Notes: a model not told the origin generated them from the sequence alone. DNA of 64,000 nucleotides from Alkalispirochaeta sp. (GCA_965242725.1 CBDESZ010000004.1:320001-384000), one strand, 5' to 3'; shown: positions 29,283-39,456, numbered from the stretch's first letter. Translations and numbers: made by a program.

Positions 29283-30163
29283 CGGTACAAACTGCACCGA
29301 CGATCGCTGTTGAGCCGGCGGCGCGACTGCGCGCCCTGCGCCGTATCGACGCTGTTGGATTGTTGCTGACTGTGTTCACCGTTTTTGCTGCCGTGATTTG
29401 GGCGTTTCCGTTGTATTGGGCGGCGATCACTACATTCAAACCCGAGCACGAGATCATCCGTCCCTACATCGAATTGTGGCCGGAGAACTTCACACTGGAA
29501 TCTTATGTGCACGTCATCTTCAATACGAAGATTGGTATCTGGTATATCAACTCCGTGGTCACGGCATTGTCGGTCACGGCGCTGGTGGTGGTGATGTGTT
29601 CAGCATGTGGTTACGCCATTTCCCAGTTGCGCTTTCCAGGCCGCAATCTGTTGTGGTGGACCATCCTCGCCAGCTTCATGGTGCCGATACAGGCACTCAT
29701 CATTAATCACTTCATTTTGATGGCGGAAGCCAAGCTGCTCAATTCTTGGCTCGGGATTATCCTGCCCCAACTAATCGCACCAGTCGTGGTCATCGTATAC
29801 AAGCAATTCTTCGACTCTATGCCGCGCGAAATTCGCGAGGCGGCGGTGATCGATGGAGCCAACCACTTCCAGCTGTGGTTCAAGGTGTTTTTGCCGATGA
29901 ACTGGGGCGTGACCACAGCGCTTGCGATCATCACGTTCATCGGCGCATGGAACGCGTTCCTGTGGCCGTTCTTGGCGGCGCAGTCGGAGAACATGATGAC
30001 CATCGCCGTTGGCATCACACAGGTGAGCGACGCCTTCGGTATTTATTATGGCCGCGAGCTGTCCGGCGCCATGATGGCCGGGTTCCCGGTCGCGCTGCTG
30101 TACTTGATATTTCAACGCCGGGTGACCCAGGCCATTACACTAACGGCCGGCATCAAGGGCTGA
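29279..30163 (+). CDS. Carbohydrate ABC permease (MalG-type)
   Basis: 'EIREAAVIDGA', 'WNAFLWP'; ATGA overlap. Confidence 0.92.
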   Translation: MTVQTAPTIAVEPAARLRALRRIDAVGLLLTVFTVFAAVIWAFPLYWAAITTFKPEHEIIRPYIELWPENFTLESYVHVIFNTKIGIWYINSVVTALSVTALVVVMCSACGYAISQLRFPGRNLLWWTILASFMVPIQALIINHFILMAEAKLLNSWLGIILPQLIAPVVVIVYKQFFDSMPREIREAAVIDGANHFQLWFKVFLPMNWGVTTALAIITFIGAWNAFLWPFLAAQSENMMTIAVGITQVSDAFGIYYGRELSGAMMAGFPVALLYLIFQRRVTQAITLTAGIKG

Positions 30164-30275
30164 GGACCGGACCAAGAGCCATCGCTGTCAATCCCGCGTT
30201 TGGAAGTGCGGTAGTAACGTGCCCTCGCTAAGCCGTCGGTCCGGTGTATGATCGATCGGGAAAGGCGGGGCCATC

Positions 30276-33002
30276 GTGTCGGACAAGGGGTCACCGTTTC
30301 ACCGCGGCGAGTTGGAGATCCAGGCGAAGCTCGGGATCCGGGAAAAAATGGAGGACTTGGGCCGGCGGATGATCCGCGATCAGATGTCGGCCCCGCACCA
30401 AGAGTTCTTCAGCCAATTGCCGCTGTTGTTCGCAGGTACGGTCGATGCGTGTGGCCGGCCCTGGGCCTCGGTGCTCGCGGGGCGGCCGGGGTTCGTGCAG
30501 GCCGTCGACGGGCAGCGCCTGACGATTGCGGCGCGGCCGATTTACGGCGATCCGCTGGGCAAGGCGCTGACCGACGGCGATGACATCGGCCTGCTCGGGC
30601 TGGATTTCGCGACGCGGCGGCGGGTCCGGGTCAACGGGCGGATGGCCGCGGTGCGCGCGGGGGCGTTTGACGTCGAGGTGCGGCAGAGCTTCGGCATTTG
30701 CCCGAAATACATTCAGGCGCGGGACTGCGAGGTCGGCGACGGGATCGCCGACCTCGGCGAGAAGCGCGCGGTGGCGCACGGCACCACCCTGAGCCGCGAT
30801 CAGGCGGCGTTTGTCAGCGGGTCGGACACCTTCCTGATCGCCAGTCAGTTCTCCGACGCCGGCGACGACTGGAGCAACGGCATCGACATGTCGCACCGCG
30901 GCGGTCGGCCGGGGTTTGTCGTCGTGGCGCACGAAAGCCTGCTGCTGTTCCCCGACTACGCCGGCAACTGCTTGTTCAACACGTTGGGCAACATCGCGGT
31001 CAATCCGCGGTGCGGCCTGTTGTTCATCGACTTCGACACGGGCGATTGCCTGCAGCTTTCGGGCGAAGCCGAGGTGCTGTGGGCGCCGGAACACGTGTGC
31101 CGGTTCCCCGGCGCCAAGCGGGTGGTGGCGTTCCAGGTCGAGGAAGTGATGCAGATCGAGGCGGCGCTGCCGCTGACCTGGCAGTTCGAGGGGTTTTCCC
31201 CGGTGTTCGACACCTTCGATCCGGCGGTTCCGGCGGGGGCGGCGCCGGCGGCAGCGCGGCCGATGACGCTGACGTCGGTCAACGTGGCGATGCCGCGGGA
31301 CATCAAACATGGCGGCAAGGCGGTGGCGACGGGCATCTTCAAGGCCCCCGTCGATGGGCGGGTCATGGTGCGGCGGCTGAACCTCGAAGGGGATGGACAG
31401 GCGGACCTGTGGGGACACGGGGGCGCGTTCCGGGCCGTCTATGCCTACCCGGCGGAGAACTACGGCTACTGGGCGGACAAGCTCGGGCGCGACGACCTCG
31501 CGGCCGGGCAATTCGGCGAGAACTTTACCGTCGAGGGGATGGGCGACGACGAAGTGTGTGTGGGCGACGTTTACCGTATCGGCGGTGCGCTGCTTGAGGT
31601 CAGCCAGCCACGGATCCCCTGTTACAAACTGGCGATCAAGATGGGGATCGAGGGGTTCCAGAACCAGTTCTTGGAGAGCGGCAGGGTCGGGTTCTACTTC
31701 CGGGTGCTGGAGGAAGGCGAGGTTGGGGCGGGGGACGTCATCGAGCTGGTGCACCGGGACGAACGCGGGTTGACGGTGCGCCAGGTGAGCGACCTGCTGT
31801 TCTTCGACAAGGACGACTTGGACACGACGCGGCGCGCGTTGCAGATCCCGGCGCTGTCGCACGGCTGGAAAGAGTCGTTTCTGGAGCGGTTGGCGAAAGC
31901 CGGCGTGGCGGCCGAAAGCCGGCCGGGGTTCCGGGACTTCATCGTCGACCGCAAGGAGCGGGAAAGCGACACGGTGACGTCGTTCTATCTGGTGCCGGCG
32001 GATGGCGGGGACTTGGCGCCGTTCGAACCGGGCCAGTTCTTGACCCTCGACTTGGATATTCCGGGACAGGACAAGCCGGTGGTGCGGACCTATTCGTTGT
32101 CCGACGCGCCGAACCCGTCGTGCTATCGCGTCAGCATAAAACGCGAGCCGGCGCCGTCCGGGCAGCCGGACGTGCCGCCGGGGTTGTCATCGACCTATTT
32201 CCACGACGACGTCGAGGTCGGCACGACGCTGCGGGTCGGCCCGCCGCGCGGCAAGTTCCATCTGGACCAAGGGAGCGAGCGGCCGGTGGTACTGCTGAGC
32301 GGCGGGGTCGGGCTGACGCCGATGGTGAGCATGATGAACGCGATCATGGACAGCGGCGGGGATCGGCCGGTGTGGTTCGTGCACGGGGTGCGCAATGGCC
32401 GCGAGCACGCTCTGGGCGCGCACTGCCGGCGGTGCGCGGCGACGAACGAGAACGTTCACGTCCACGTCTGCTACAGCGATCCGGCGCCGGACGACGTCGC
32501 CGGGCGGGACTATGACAGCCGGGGCCGGGTCGAAGTTGGGCTGCTGAAACGGTTGTTGCCGTTCGACGACTACGATTTTTATCTATGCGGGCCGACGCCG
32601 TTCATGCAGTCGCTGTACCGCGGACTGACGGCGCTGAACGTGCCGGAGGCGCGCATCCACTACGAATTTTTCGGGCCGGGGTCACTGCTGCAAGACGACG
32701 CCGGGCCGGCCGGCGAAGCGCCGCAAGCGGAAGCGGAACTGGTCGGCGGGGCGCAGGTGGTGTTCGCACGCTCCGGCATCACGGCCGATTGGGACCCGGC
32801 TTGCGAGACGATCCTGGATTTGGCGGAGCGGCACGGCCTGAGCCCCGACTACAGTTGCCGCTCGGGGATTTGCAGCACGTGCAGTGCCGCGGTGACCGAG
32901 GGCGAGGTCGAGTACCTGGAACCGCCGATGGACGAACCGGCGGCGGGGCATGTGCTGATCTGCTCGGCGCGGCCACGGACCAATATCGTCGTCGAGATAT
33001 GA
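30276..33002 (+). CDS. Multidomain oxidoreductase: PNPOx-like x2 + MOSC/3-alpha + FNR-like FAD/NAD + 2Fe-2S ferredoxin
   Basis: 'FHRGE', 'SHRGGRPGFV', 'GNCLFNTLGN'; MOSC 'FGENF', 'QPRIPCYKL'; 'RTYSLS', 'GGVGLTP', 'YLCGP'; 'CRSGICSTC...C'. Confidence 0.88.
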   Translation: MSDKGSPFHRGELEIQAKLGIREKMEDLGRRMIRDQMSAPHQEFFSQLPLLFAGTVDACGRPWASVLAGRPGFVQAVDGQRLTIAARPIYGDPLGKALTDGDDIGLLGLDFATRRRVRVNGRMAAVRAGAFDVEVRQSFGICPKYIQARDCEVGDGIADLGEKRAVAHGTTLSRDQAAFVSGSDTFLIASQFSDAGDDWSNGIDMSHRGGRPGFVVVAHESLLLFPDYAGNCLFNTLGNIAVNPRCGLLFIDFDTGDCLQLSGEAEVLWAPEHVCRFPGAKRVVAFQVEEVMQIEAALPLTWQFEGFSPVFDTFDPAVPAGAAPAAARPMTLTSVNVAMPRDIKHGGKAVATGIFKAPVDGRVMVRRLNLEGDGQADLWGHGGAFRAVYAYPAENYGYWADKLGRDDLAAGQFGENFTVEGMGDDEVCVGDVYRIGGALLEVSQPRIPCYKLAIKMGIEGFQNQFLESGRVGFYFRVLEEGEVGAGDVIELVHRDERGLTVRQVSDLLFFDKDDLDTTRRALQIPALSHGWKESFLERLAKAGVAAESRPGFRDFIVDRKERESDTVTSFYLVPADGGDLAPFEPGQFLTLDLDIPGQDKPVVRTYSLSDAPNPSCYRVSIKREPAPSGQPDVPPGLSSTYFHDDVEVGTTLRVGPPRGKFHLDQGSERPVVLLSGGVGLTPMVSMMNAIMDSGGDRPVWFVHGVRNGREHALGAHCRRCAATNENVHVHVCYSDPAPDDVAGRDYDSRGRVEVGLLKRLLPFDDYDFYLCGPTPFMQSLYRGLTALNVPEARIHYEFFGPGSLLQDDAGPAGEAPQAEAELVGGAQVVFARSGITADWDPACETILDLAERHGLSPDYSCRSGICSTCSAAVTEGEVEYLEPPMDEPAAGHVLICSARPRTNIVVEI

Positions 33003-33024
33003 GGGCGTCGGTCGGGACAGCCGG

Positions 33025-33690
33025 GTGAGCGGGGCGACGGCCGAACCCTGCCCGTTGTGTGGCGGCACGGGGATTGTCGCCTACCACCGCGACAAGGTTC
33101 GTGAATACCGCCATTGCAGGACGTGCGATTTGGTGTTTGTGCCGCGGGGGCAGCACTTGTCGGCGGCGGATGAGAAGGCGGTTTATGACCGCCATGACAA
33201 CCGGGTGGACGATCCGGGGTACCGGCGGTTTCTGGGGCGGTTGTTTACGCCGCTGAACGGGCGGTTGGCGGCGGGGTCTCGGGGGCTCGACTTCGGGTGC
33301 GGGCCGGGGCCGGCGTTGGCGCGGATGTTCGACGAGGCGGGGCACACGGTGGCGCTGTACGACCCGTTCTACGCGCCGGACGATGGGGTGCTGGGGACGC
33401 GGTACGATTTTATTACGCTGAGCGAAGTGGCCGAGCATTTGGCGGCGCCGGGGGCGGTACTGGACCGGCTGTGGGGGCAGTTGCTGCCGGGGGGATGGCT
33501 CGGGGTCATGACCAAGCGGGTGCGGGACCGAGAGGCGTTCAAGACCTGGCACTACATTTTGGACCCGACGCATGTTTGTTTCTTTTCGGAAGCGACGTTC
33601 GAGTGGCTGGCGGCGCGGTGGTCGGCGATGGGTACGCCCGCGACATTGGTCGTCGCGGGGGACGATGTGGTGTTGGTTGGGAAAGACTAG
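33025..33690 (+). CDS. Class I SAM-dependent methyltransferase with N-terminal Zn ribbon
   Basis: CPLC...CRTC, 'GLDFGCGPGP', 'WHYILDPTHVCFF'. Confidence 0.87.
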   Translation: MSGATAEPCPLCGGTGIVAYHRDKVREYRHCRTCDLVFVPRGQHLSAADEKAVYDRHDNRVDDPGYRRFLGRLFTPLNGRLAAGSRGLDFGCGPGPALARMFDEAGHTVALYDPFYAPDDGVLGTRYDFITLSEVAEHLAAPGAVLDRLWGQLLPGGWLGVMTKRVRDREAFKTWHYILDPTHVCFFSEATFEWLAARWSAMGTPATLVVAGDDVVLVGKD

Positions 33691-33702
33691 GAGCACCCCA
33701 GT

Positions 33703-34245
33703 TTGGCCGATGAACTGAAGATCGTTGCGTATGACCCGGCTTGGGTCGACGGTTATCGGCGGGCGCGGGATCGATTGATGGGCCTGCCGGGAAGTCCGTT
33801 TGCAGACGTGGAACACATCGGCAGCACGGCGGTGCCGGGCCTCGCGGCGAAGCCGGTGGTCGACATGTTGGCCTCGGTCGAGAACCTGGGGGCGGTCGAG
33901 GCTTTCTCGGCGCGGTTGGAAGACCTCGGCTATCGGGAGCGCGACGCCGGGTTTGCGTACCGGAAGCTCCTGCAAAGAACCGCGTCGGATGGGCGGCTGT
34001 CTTACAACCTGCACATCGTCACGACGGCGGCGTGGCCGGAAGCGACGGAACGGCTGTTTCGCGACTGGCTTTGCGCCCACCCCGATGTTGCCGACGCCTA
34101 CGCCGATTTGAAGGTTGCGCTGGCGGCGCGGCACGGTGGCGATCTGCGGGCGTACACGGACGCCAAGAGCGATTTCATTCGCCCTGTCATTAACGCCGCC
34201 CGTGGCGCGCGGGGGCTTCCGCCGAAGACCGATTGGCGGGAATGA
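33703..34245 (+). CDS. GrpB family protein
   Basis: 'YDPAW', 'EHIGSTAVPGLAAKPVVD', 'FRDWL', 'YTDAKSDF'. Confidence 0.88.
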   Translation: MADELKIVAYDPAWVDGYRRARDRLMGLPGSPFADVEHIGSTAVPGLAAKPVVDMLASVENLGAVEAFSARLEDLGYRERDAGFAYRKLLQRTASDGRLSYNLHIVTTAAWPEATERLFRDWLCAHPDVADAYADLKVALAARHGGDLRAYTDAKSDFIRPVINAARGARGLPPKTDWRE

Positions 34246-34261
34246 CCTCGTGGTCGTTGGC

Positions 34262-36115
34262 TTAGGAAGCGGGCTCCGGCGCCGGCACCATATTGGGTTC
34301 GATGGCTTCCTCGGCGGCCGATTGTTGGCGGGTCCAGAGGGCGTGGTAGGCGCCGCGTTTGTCTAGGAGTTCGGCGTGGCGGCCGCGTTCGACGATTTTG
34401 CCGTTTTCCATGACGAGGATTTGGTCGGCGTCGATGACGGTGGAGAGGCGGTGGGCGATGACCAACGTGGTGCGGTTGGCGGAGACGCGGGTGAGTGCCG
34501 CCTGGATTTCCTTTTCGGTGTGGCTGTCGAGCGCCGAGGTGGCTTCGTCGAACAGGAGGATCCTCGGGTTCTTGAGGATGGTTCTGGCGATGGCGACGCG
34601 TTGCTTTTCACCGCCGGAGAGTTTTAGGCCGCGTTCGCCGACGCGGGTGTTGTAGCCGTCGGGCAGGTTCATGACGAAGTCGTGGACCTGGGCCATGCGG
34701 GCGGCGTCTTCGACCTCGGCCGGGGTGGCGGTGGGGCGGCCGTACTGGATGTTGTAGAAAATGGTGTCGTTAAACAGCACGGTGTCCTGGGGGACGATGC
34801 CGATGGCGCGGCGCAGGCTGTCCTGGCCGACGTCGCGGAGGTCCTGGCCGTCGATGGTGACGGCGCCGTCGTCGACGTCGTAGAAGCGGAACAGCAGACG
34901 GCTGATGGTCGACTTGCCGGCGCCGGTGGGGCCGACGATGGCGACGGTGTTGCCGGCGGGGACGGTGAAGCTGACGTCCTTGAGGATGGGGCGGCGAGCG
35001 TCGTAGCCGAAGGTGACGTGATCGAAGGCGACGACGCCGCCGTCGACGCAGATCTCGGCGGCGCCGGGCTTGTCCTCGATCTCCTTGTTCTCGTTGAGCA
35101 GGGAGAACATGGATTCCATGTCGGTGAGGGACTGCTTGATTTCGCGGTAGACGAAGCCGAGGAAATTCAACGGCACCGCGAGTTGCAGCATGTAGACGTT
35201 GACGGCGACGAAATCGCCGACGGTCATGGTGCCGGCGGCGACGCCGAAGCCGGCCATGACCATGACCGAGGTGAGGCCGACGGCGAGGATGAGGGCCTGG
35301 CCGATGTTGAGGAGCGCGAGGGACGTGAGGGAGCGGACGGCCATGCGTTCATAGTTCTGCATGGCGCTGTCGTAGCGGCTGGCCTCGTGGCCCTCGTTGC
35401 CGAAGTACTTGACGGTCTCGTAGTTGAGCAGGCTGTCGATGGCCTTGGTGTTGGCCTGGCTGTCGCTTTCGTTCATGGCGCGGCGGAACTTGAGGCGCCA
35501 TTCGGTGACGATCAGGGTGTAGGCGATGTAGGCGACGAGGGTGCCGAGGAAGACGGCGCTGAAGCTGATGCCGTAGAGGCGCCAGAGAATGCCGGTGACC
35601 AACAGGATCTCGACCAAGGTCGGGCCGATGTTGAACAGCATAAAGCGCAGCAGGAAATCGATGCCCTTGATGCCGCGCTCGATGGCGCGGGACAGGCCGC
35701 CGGTCTGGCGGTCGAGGTGAAAGCGCAGGGCGAGGCCGTGCAGGGTGCGGAAGGTGCGCAGCGCGACGGTGCGGATGGCGCGCTGGCCGACGCGGGCGAA
35801 GACGAAGTCGCGCAGCTCGCCCATGATGCGCGAGGTGACGTTGAACAGGCCGTAGGCGACGATGAGGGCGATGGGGACGGCGATGGCCAACCCGGCCTCG
35901 GACTGTTCGGTGAAGCTGTCGACGACCTGCTTGTAAATCAGCGGGACGTAGACAATGGCGACCTTGGCGCCGACCAGCAGGGCGACGGCGATGATGACGC
36001 GGATCTTGGTGTCCCACTCGCCGGCCGGCCACAAATACGGCAGCAAGGCGCGGATGGCGCGGGTCTCGTGGCCTTGGGGCGGGCGGTAGGCGAACTCAGG
36101 GGACGATCGACGCAT
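34262..36115 (-). CDS. ATM1/ABCB7-type ABC exporter (fused permease-ATPase)
   Basis: 'FHLDRQTGGLSRAIERG', 'DSLLNYETVKYF', GPTGAGKST, LSGGEKQR. Confidence 0.93.
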   Translation of the reverse strand: MRRSSPEFAYRPPQGHETRAIRALLPYLWPAGEWDTKIRVIIAVALLVGAKVAIVYVPLIYKQVVDSFTEQSEAGLAIAVPIALIVAYGLFNVTSRIMGELRDFVFARVGQRAIRTVALRTFRTLHGLALRFHLDRQTGGLSRAIERGIKGIDFLLRFMLFNIGPTLVEILLVTGILWRLYGISFSAVFLGTLVAYIAYTLIVTEWRLKFRRAMNESDSQANTKAIDSLLNYETVKYFGNEGHEASRYDSAMQNYERMAVRSLTSLALLNIGQALILAVGLTSVMVMAGFGVAAGTMTVGDFVAVNVYMLQLAVPLNFLGFVYREIKQSLTDMESMFSLLNENKEIEDKPGAAEICVDGGVVAFDHVTFGYDARRPILKDVSFTVPAGNTVAIVGPTGAGKSTISRLLFRFYDVDDGAVTIDGQDLRDVGQDSLRRAIGIVPQDTVLFNDTIFYNIQYGRPTATPAEVEDAARMAQVHDFVMNLPDGYNTRVGERGLKLSGGEKQRVAIARTILKNPRILLFDEATSALDSHTEKEIQAALTRVSANRTTLVIAHRLSTVIDADQILVMENGKIVERGRHAELLDKRGAYHALWTRQQSAAEEAIEPNMVPAPEPAS

Positions 36116-36163
36116 TCGGGGCAATGTCGGTCGCCGGTCGCGCCCGGTCAAGTTACCGTGATG

Positions 36164-37453
36164 TCATTCGGCCAGCAGGAAGGTGAAATCGGCCCGTTCG
36201 CCGGCGGCGGTGCGGGCGGCGGCGTGGCAGGACATGCAACTGCCACTGAGGTCGGTCTGTACGAAGGTTTCGAGGGCAGTGTTGGTGAGATAGCGGGGCA
36301 CCTCCCCTACCCCGGCGGACGGGCCGCCGCGGTTGCCGCGCCACTGGGTGCCCATGAGCTGGTAGTTGGCGAGGACGGTGCCGGATAGCTCGGCGCGCCA
36401 GGCGCGGTTGAGGGCGGCGGTGCCGTCGAAGATGCGCCAACAGCGGACGACTTGGCTGCCGAAGCCGCCGGCCACGGCGTGGCGGGCGAAGGGCGGGTCG
36501 GCGGCCCAGCGGGGGTCGGCGACGGTGTCGGTGTTGGTGCGGCAGTCCGGGCAGTCGGCGGTGAAGAAGCTCCACGGGGTGGTGGCTTCGCTTGGGGCGT
36601 GGCAGCCGTCGGGGAACGGGTCACCGGGGAAGATGTTGTTAGCGTTGCGGGCGTTGGCGGCGACGGGGGCGTTGTCGAGGTGCTCGAAGGTCGACCAGAT
36701 CCAGTCGTCGCCGTTGCCGCTGCGGACCTTGCGCATGATGTGCATGCCGACGAGTCCGAGGGTGACGGCGTGACAGCGGGCGCGGCCGTCGACGCTGTCG
36801 GCGGCGGCGACGGCGATGCGGCCGGGCACGGTGAGGAAGCGGCCGGCGGCGGCGGGGTCGACGACGCGCCAGGCGGTTTTGACGATGACGGCGCCGGGGG
36901 CGCCGCCGGCGCGGGCGGCCGGGTCACCGTAGTGGCCGTCGGGGAACGCAACGGGGACGTGGCCGGCGGCATGGGCGGCGACGGGGCGGCCGGCGGCGGC
37001 GTTCACGCGGGTGTCGTAGACGACGTAGTTGAGGTCGCGGTCGATAAGGACCTCGCCGGTGGCCTGGCGAAACGCCGCGGTGACGACGGGGCCGCCGGGC
37101 GGTGCTGCGGCGCACTCTGGCGGGGCGGGCTTGGTGGCCGGCGGGGTCATGTATTGCCAGCGGCGGGGGGCGTCGGGCCGAGTGCCGACGGCGTCGGCCA
37201 GGGGTTGGCCGGCGGCGTCGACGGGCCAGTTGAGGGCGACGAAGCTCTGCCAGGAAAACAGGTCGAACTGATCCTGGGTGCCGGGGGTCATGAAACGGTA
37301 GACCGCGGTGGCGAAGAAGCCGGGGATGTCGTGGGGCAGCGCGGCGCAGACGGTGGCGCCGCCGGTGTCGCAGAAGAAGCCGTCGGGCGGCTCGGCGGCC
37401 GCAGCGGGCAGGCTGAAGAGGGCGAACAACGCGGCGGCGATTATGCGGCGCAC
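36164..37453 (-). CDS. Secreted uncharacterised protein with C-terminal CxxCH (putative c-type cytochrome)
   Basis: GTG start and signal peptide 'RRIIAAALFALFSLPAAA'; 'FSWQSFVALNWP', 'WSTFEH', 'SCMSCH'. Confidence 0.7.
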   Translation of the reverse strand: MRRIIAAALFALFSLPAAAAEPPDGFFCDTGGATVCAALPHDIPGFFATAVYRFMTPGTQDQFDLFSWQSFVALNWPVDAAGQPLADAVGTRPDAPRRWQYMTPPATKPAPPECAAAPPGGPVVTAAFRQATGEVLIDRDLNYVVYDTRVNAAAGRPVAAHAAGHVPVAFPDGHYGDPAARAGGAPGAVIVKTAWRVVDPAAAGRFLTVPGRIAVAAADSVDGRARCHAVTLGLVGMHIMRKVRSGNGDDWIWSTFEHLDNAPVAANARNANNIFPGDPFPDGCHAPSEATTPWSFFTADCPDCRTNTDTVADPRWAADPPFARHAVAGGFGSQVVRCWRIFDGTAALNRAWRAELSGTVLANYQLMGTQWRGNRGGPSAGVGEVPRYLTNTALETFVQTDLSGSCMSCHAAARTAAGERADFTFLLAE

Positions 37454-37544
37454 GGGCGGGGTCCTTTCGGCGGGCAGTGTACCACGGCTTGACCGGTCGG
37501 GCGGGGCATGCACATGACACCGGGCTGTAAGGAGAGGAGCGATC

Positions 37545-38378
37545 ATGGCAACGAACGGCACACCAACGATCAGCGGCCACGGGGCCGACATCCCGGCGAT
37601 GGGCTTCGGGACCTGGCCGATGAGCGGGCGGACCTGTGCCGAGGCGGTGGCCGAGGCGCTACGGGTCGGCTACCGCCACGTAGACACGGCGGCGGCCTAC
37701 GGCAACGAAGCCGACGTGGGACAAGGCATTCGCGACAGCGGGGTGGCGCGGGACGAGATCTTCGTCACCACCAAGATTTGGCCGGACGACTTCGGCGATA
37801 TCGAGGGGGCTGCGGCGGCCGGCGTGGCGCGGCTGGGGATCGACGCGGCGGACTTGATCCTGGCGCACTGGCCGCACCCGGCGACGCCGGTGGCGGACAT
37901 CGTCGCGGGGCTGAACGCGGTGCAGCGGGCGGGCCTGGCGCGGCACGTCGGGGTGTCGAACTTCAATGTGAGCCAACTGCGGGCGGCGTGGGATGCGACG
38001 GAGGTGCCGCTGGTGGCGCACCAGTTCGAGGTGCACCCGTTCCTGAACCAGGTGGGGATGCTGGCGACGACGCGGGAGCTGGGGATGGTGCCGATCGCCT
38101 ACTGTCCGGTGGGGCGGGGGCGGAGCTTCGACGAGCCGGTGGTGCGGGAGATCGCGGCGCGGGCGGGCAAGACGCCGGCGCAGGTGGTGCTGCGCTGGCA
38201 CCTGGAGAACGGCGTCGTGGCGATCCCGAAAAGCCAGACGGCGTCACGGATCGCCGAGAACTTCGACATCTTGGATTTTGCGCTGACGGCGGACGAGGTG
38301 GCGGCGATCAGCGGGCTGGCGCGGCCGGGGGAGCGGATTTGTTCGATGGAGGCGTTTCAGACGGACTGGGACGGCTAG
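37545..38378 (+). CDS. Aldo/keto reductase (2,5-DKG reductase-like)
   Basis: 'GFGTW', 'DTAAAYGNE', 'FVTTK', 'HWP', 'GVSNF', 'AIPKS'. Confidence 0.93.
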   Translation: MATNGTPTISGHGADIPAMGFGTWPMSGRTCAEAVAEALRVGYRHVDTAAAYGNEADVGQGIRDSGVARDEIFVTTKIWPDDFGDIEGAAAAGVARLGIDAADLILAHWPHPATPVADIVAGLNAVQRAGLARHVGVSNFNVSQLRAAWDATEVPLVAHQFEVHPFLNQVGMLATTRELGMVPIAYCPVGRGRSFDEPVVREIAARAGKTPAQVVLRWHLENGVVAIPKSQTASRIAENFDILDFALTADEVAAISGLARPGERICSMEAFQTDWDG

Positions 38379-38380
38379 GC

Positions 38381-39301
38381 CTAGTCGGTGGCGCAGTCGC
38401 CGGCGGGGCGGCCGAGGACGCGGTCTAGGTCGCGGACGATGGCGGCGCAGGGGTGGAACCAGACGGCGAGGTTGGGGTTCTGGTGGGCGACCTTGTCGGG
38501 GATCTGCTTGGTCTTGCGGTGACGGCGCTTGAGGTTGGCGCGGTCGAGGTTGACGCTGGCGACGTTGAGGCCGACGGCGCGGGAGATGCCGTTTTCGGTG
38601 ACGAGCAGGGGCGCGCCGGACGAGCCGCCGACGGTGTCGCAGCCGTGGAACAGGGAATGGTCGAGTTCGAGGCCGTGGAAGTCGGCGAGGAACAGGGTGG
38701 TGGGGCCGCGATAGGCGGGGCAATCGGCCTGCAATAGGGCGCCGTCCTCGTGGTCGCCGTGAAAGCCGACCATGGAAATGGCGCCGTTGAGAGCGGCGAC
38801 GTCGGCGGCGGCGACGGTGCGATAGTCGATGGGGCCGCAGCCGGGGACGGACCACGGCAACTCGAGGATGGCGTAGTCGAGGTGCATGCGGCGGGCGGTG
38901 CGCAGGCCGCCGTCGATGCCGGCGGTGACGGCGACGTCGGAGAAGCGGAACTCGCGCAACTCGCCGTCGACGACAATGGCGGCGCGTTCGGACCACGGGG
39001 CGCCGGCGTTGTCGAAGACGCCGTGGTAGGTGGCGACGACGGTGCGGCAGTTGCCGACGAACCAGGCGGTGGAGCCGGCGTTTTCGAACAACAGGCGGAC
39101 GACGCCGCGGAGTTTCTGGCGCTCGATGGGCTGCAAGGGGCGGCGGTCGTCGGCGCCGATCATGTTGACGTGCTGGCGCAGGCCGACGGCGGGTTCGGGC
39201 GGCGCGACACGGGCGGGCTGGGCTACGGCGGCGGGCGCGGCGGCGATCAGGGCGGCAAATGTCGCTGCCGCGAAGGTCAACAGGGGCGCGGTTTTGGGCA
39301 T
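38381..39301 (-). CDS. Secreted trypsin-like serine protease
   Basis: Signal peptide; 'IGADDRR', 'TYHGV', 'DYAIL', 'CDTVGGSSGAP'. Confidence 0.78.
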   Translation of the reverse strand: MPKTAPLLTFAAATFAALIAAAPAAVAQPARVAPPEPAVGLRQHVNMIGADDRRPLQPIERQKLRGVVRLLFENAGSTAWFVGNCRTVVATYHGVFDNAGAPWSERAAIVVDGELREFRFSDVAVTAGIDGGLRTARRMHLDYAILELPWSVPGCGPIDYRTVAAADVAALNGAISMVGFHGDHEDGALLQADCPAYRGPTTLFLADFHGLELDHSLFHGCDTVGGSSGAPLLVTENGISRAVGLNVASVNLDRANLKRRHRKTKQIPDKVAHQNPNLAVWFHPCAAIVRDLDRVLGRPAGDCATD

Positions 39302-39456
39302 GTAGGCCGTTTTTGGTTAGCGGTACCGGCGATAACCTTACGGCGGCGGCGCGGTGGCCCGGAACGGTGACATGGACATACTCCATTGGGGGCAAACGGG
39401 GCGGCGTTGGCGGCGGGCGTTGCGGTGGTAGAGTTGGGCGGCGCGAAGGAAGGCGG

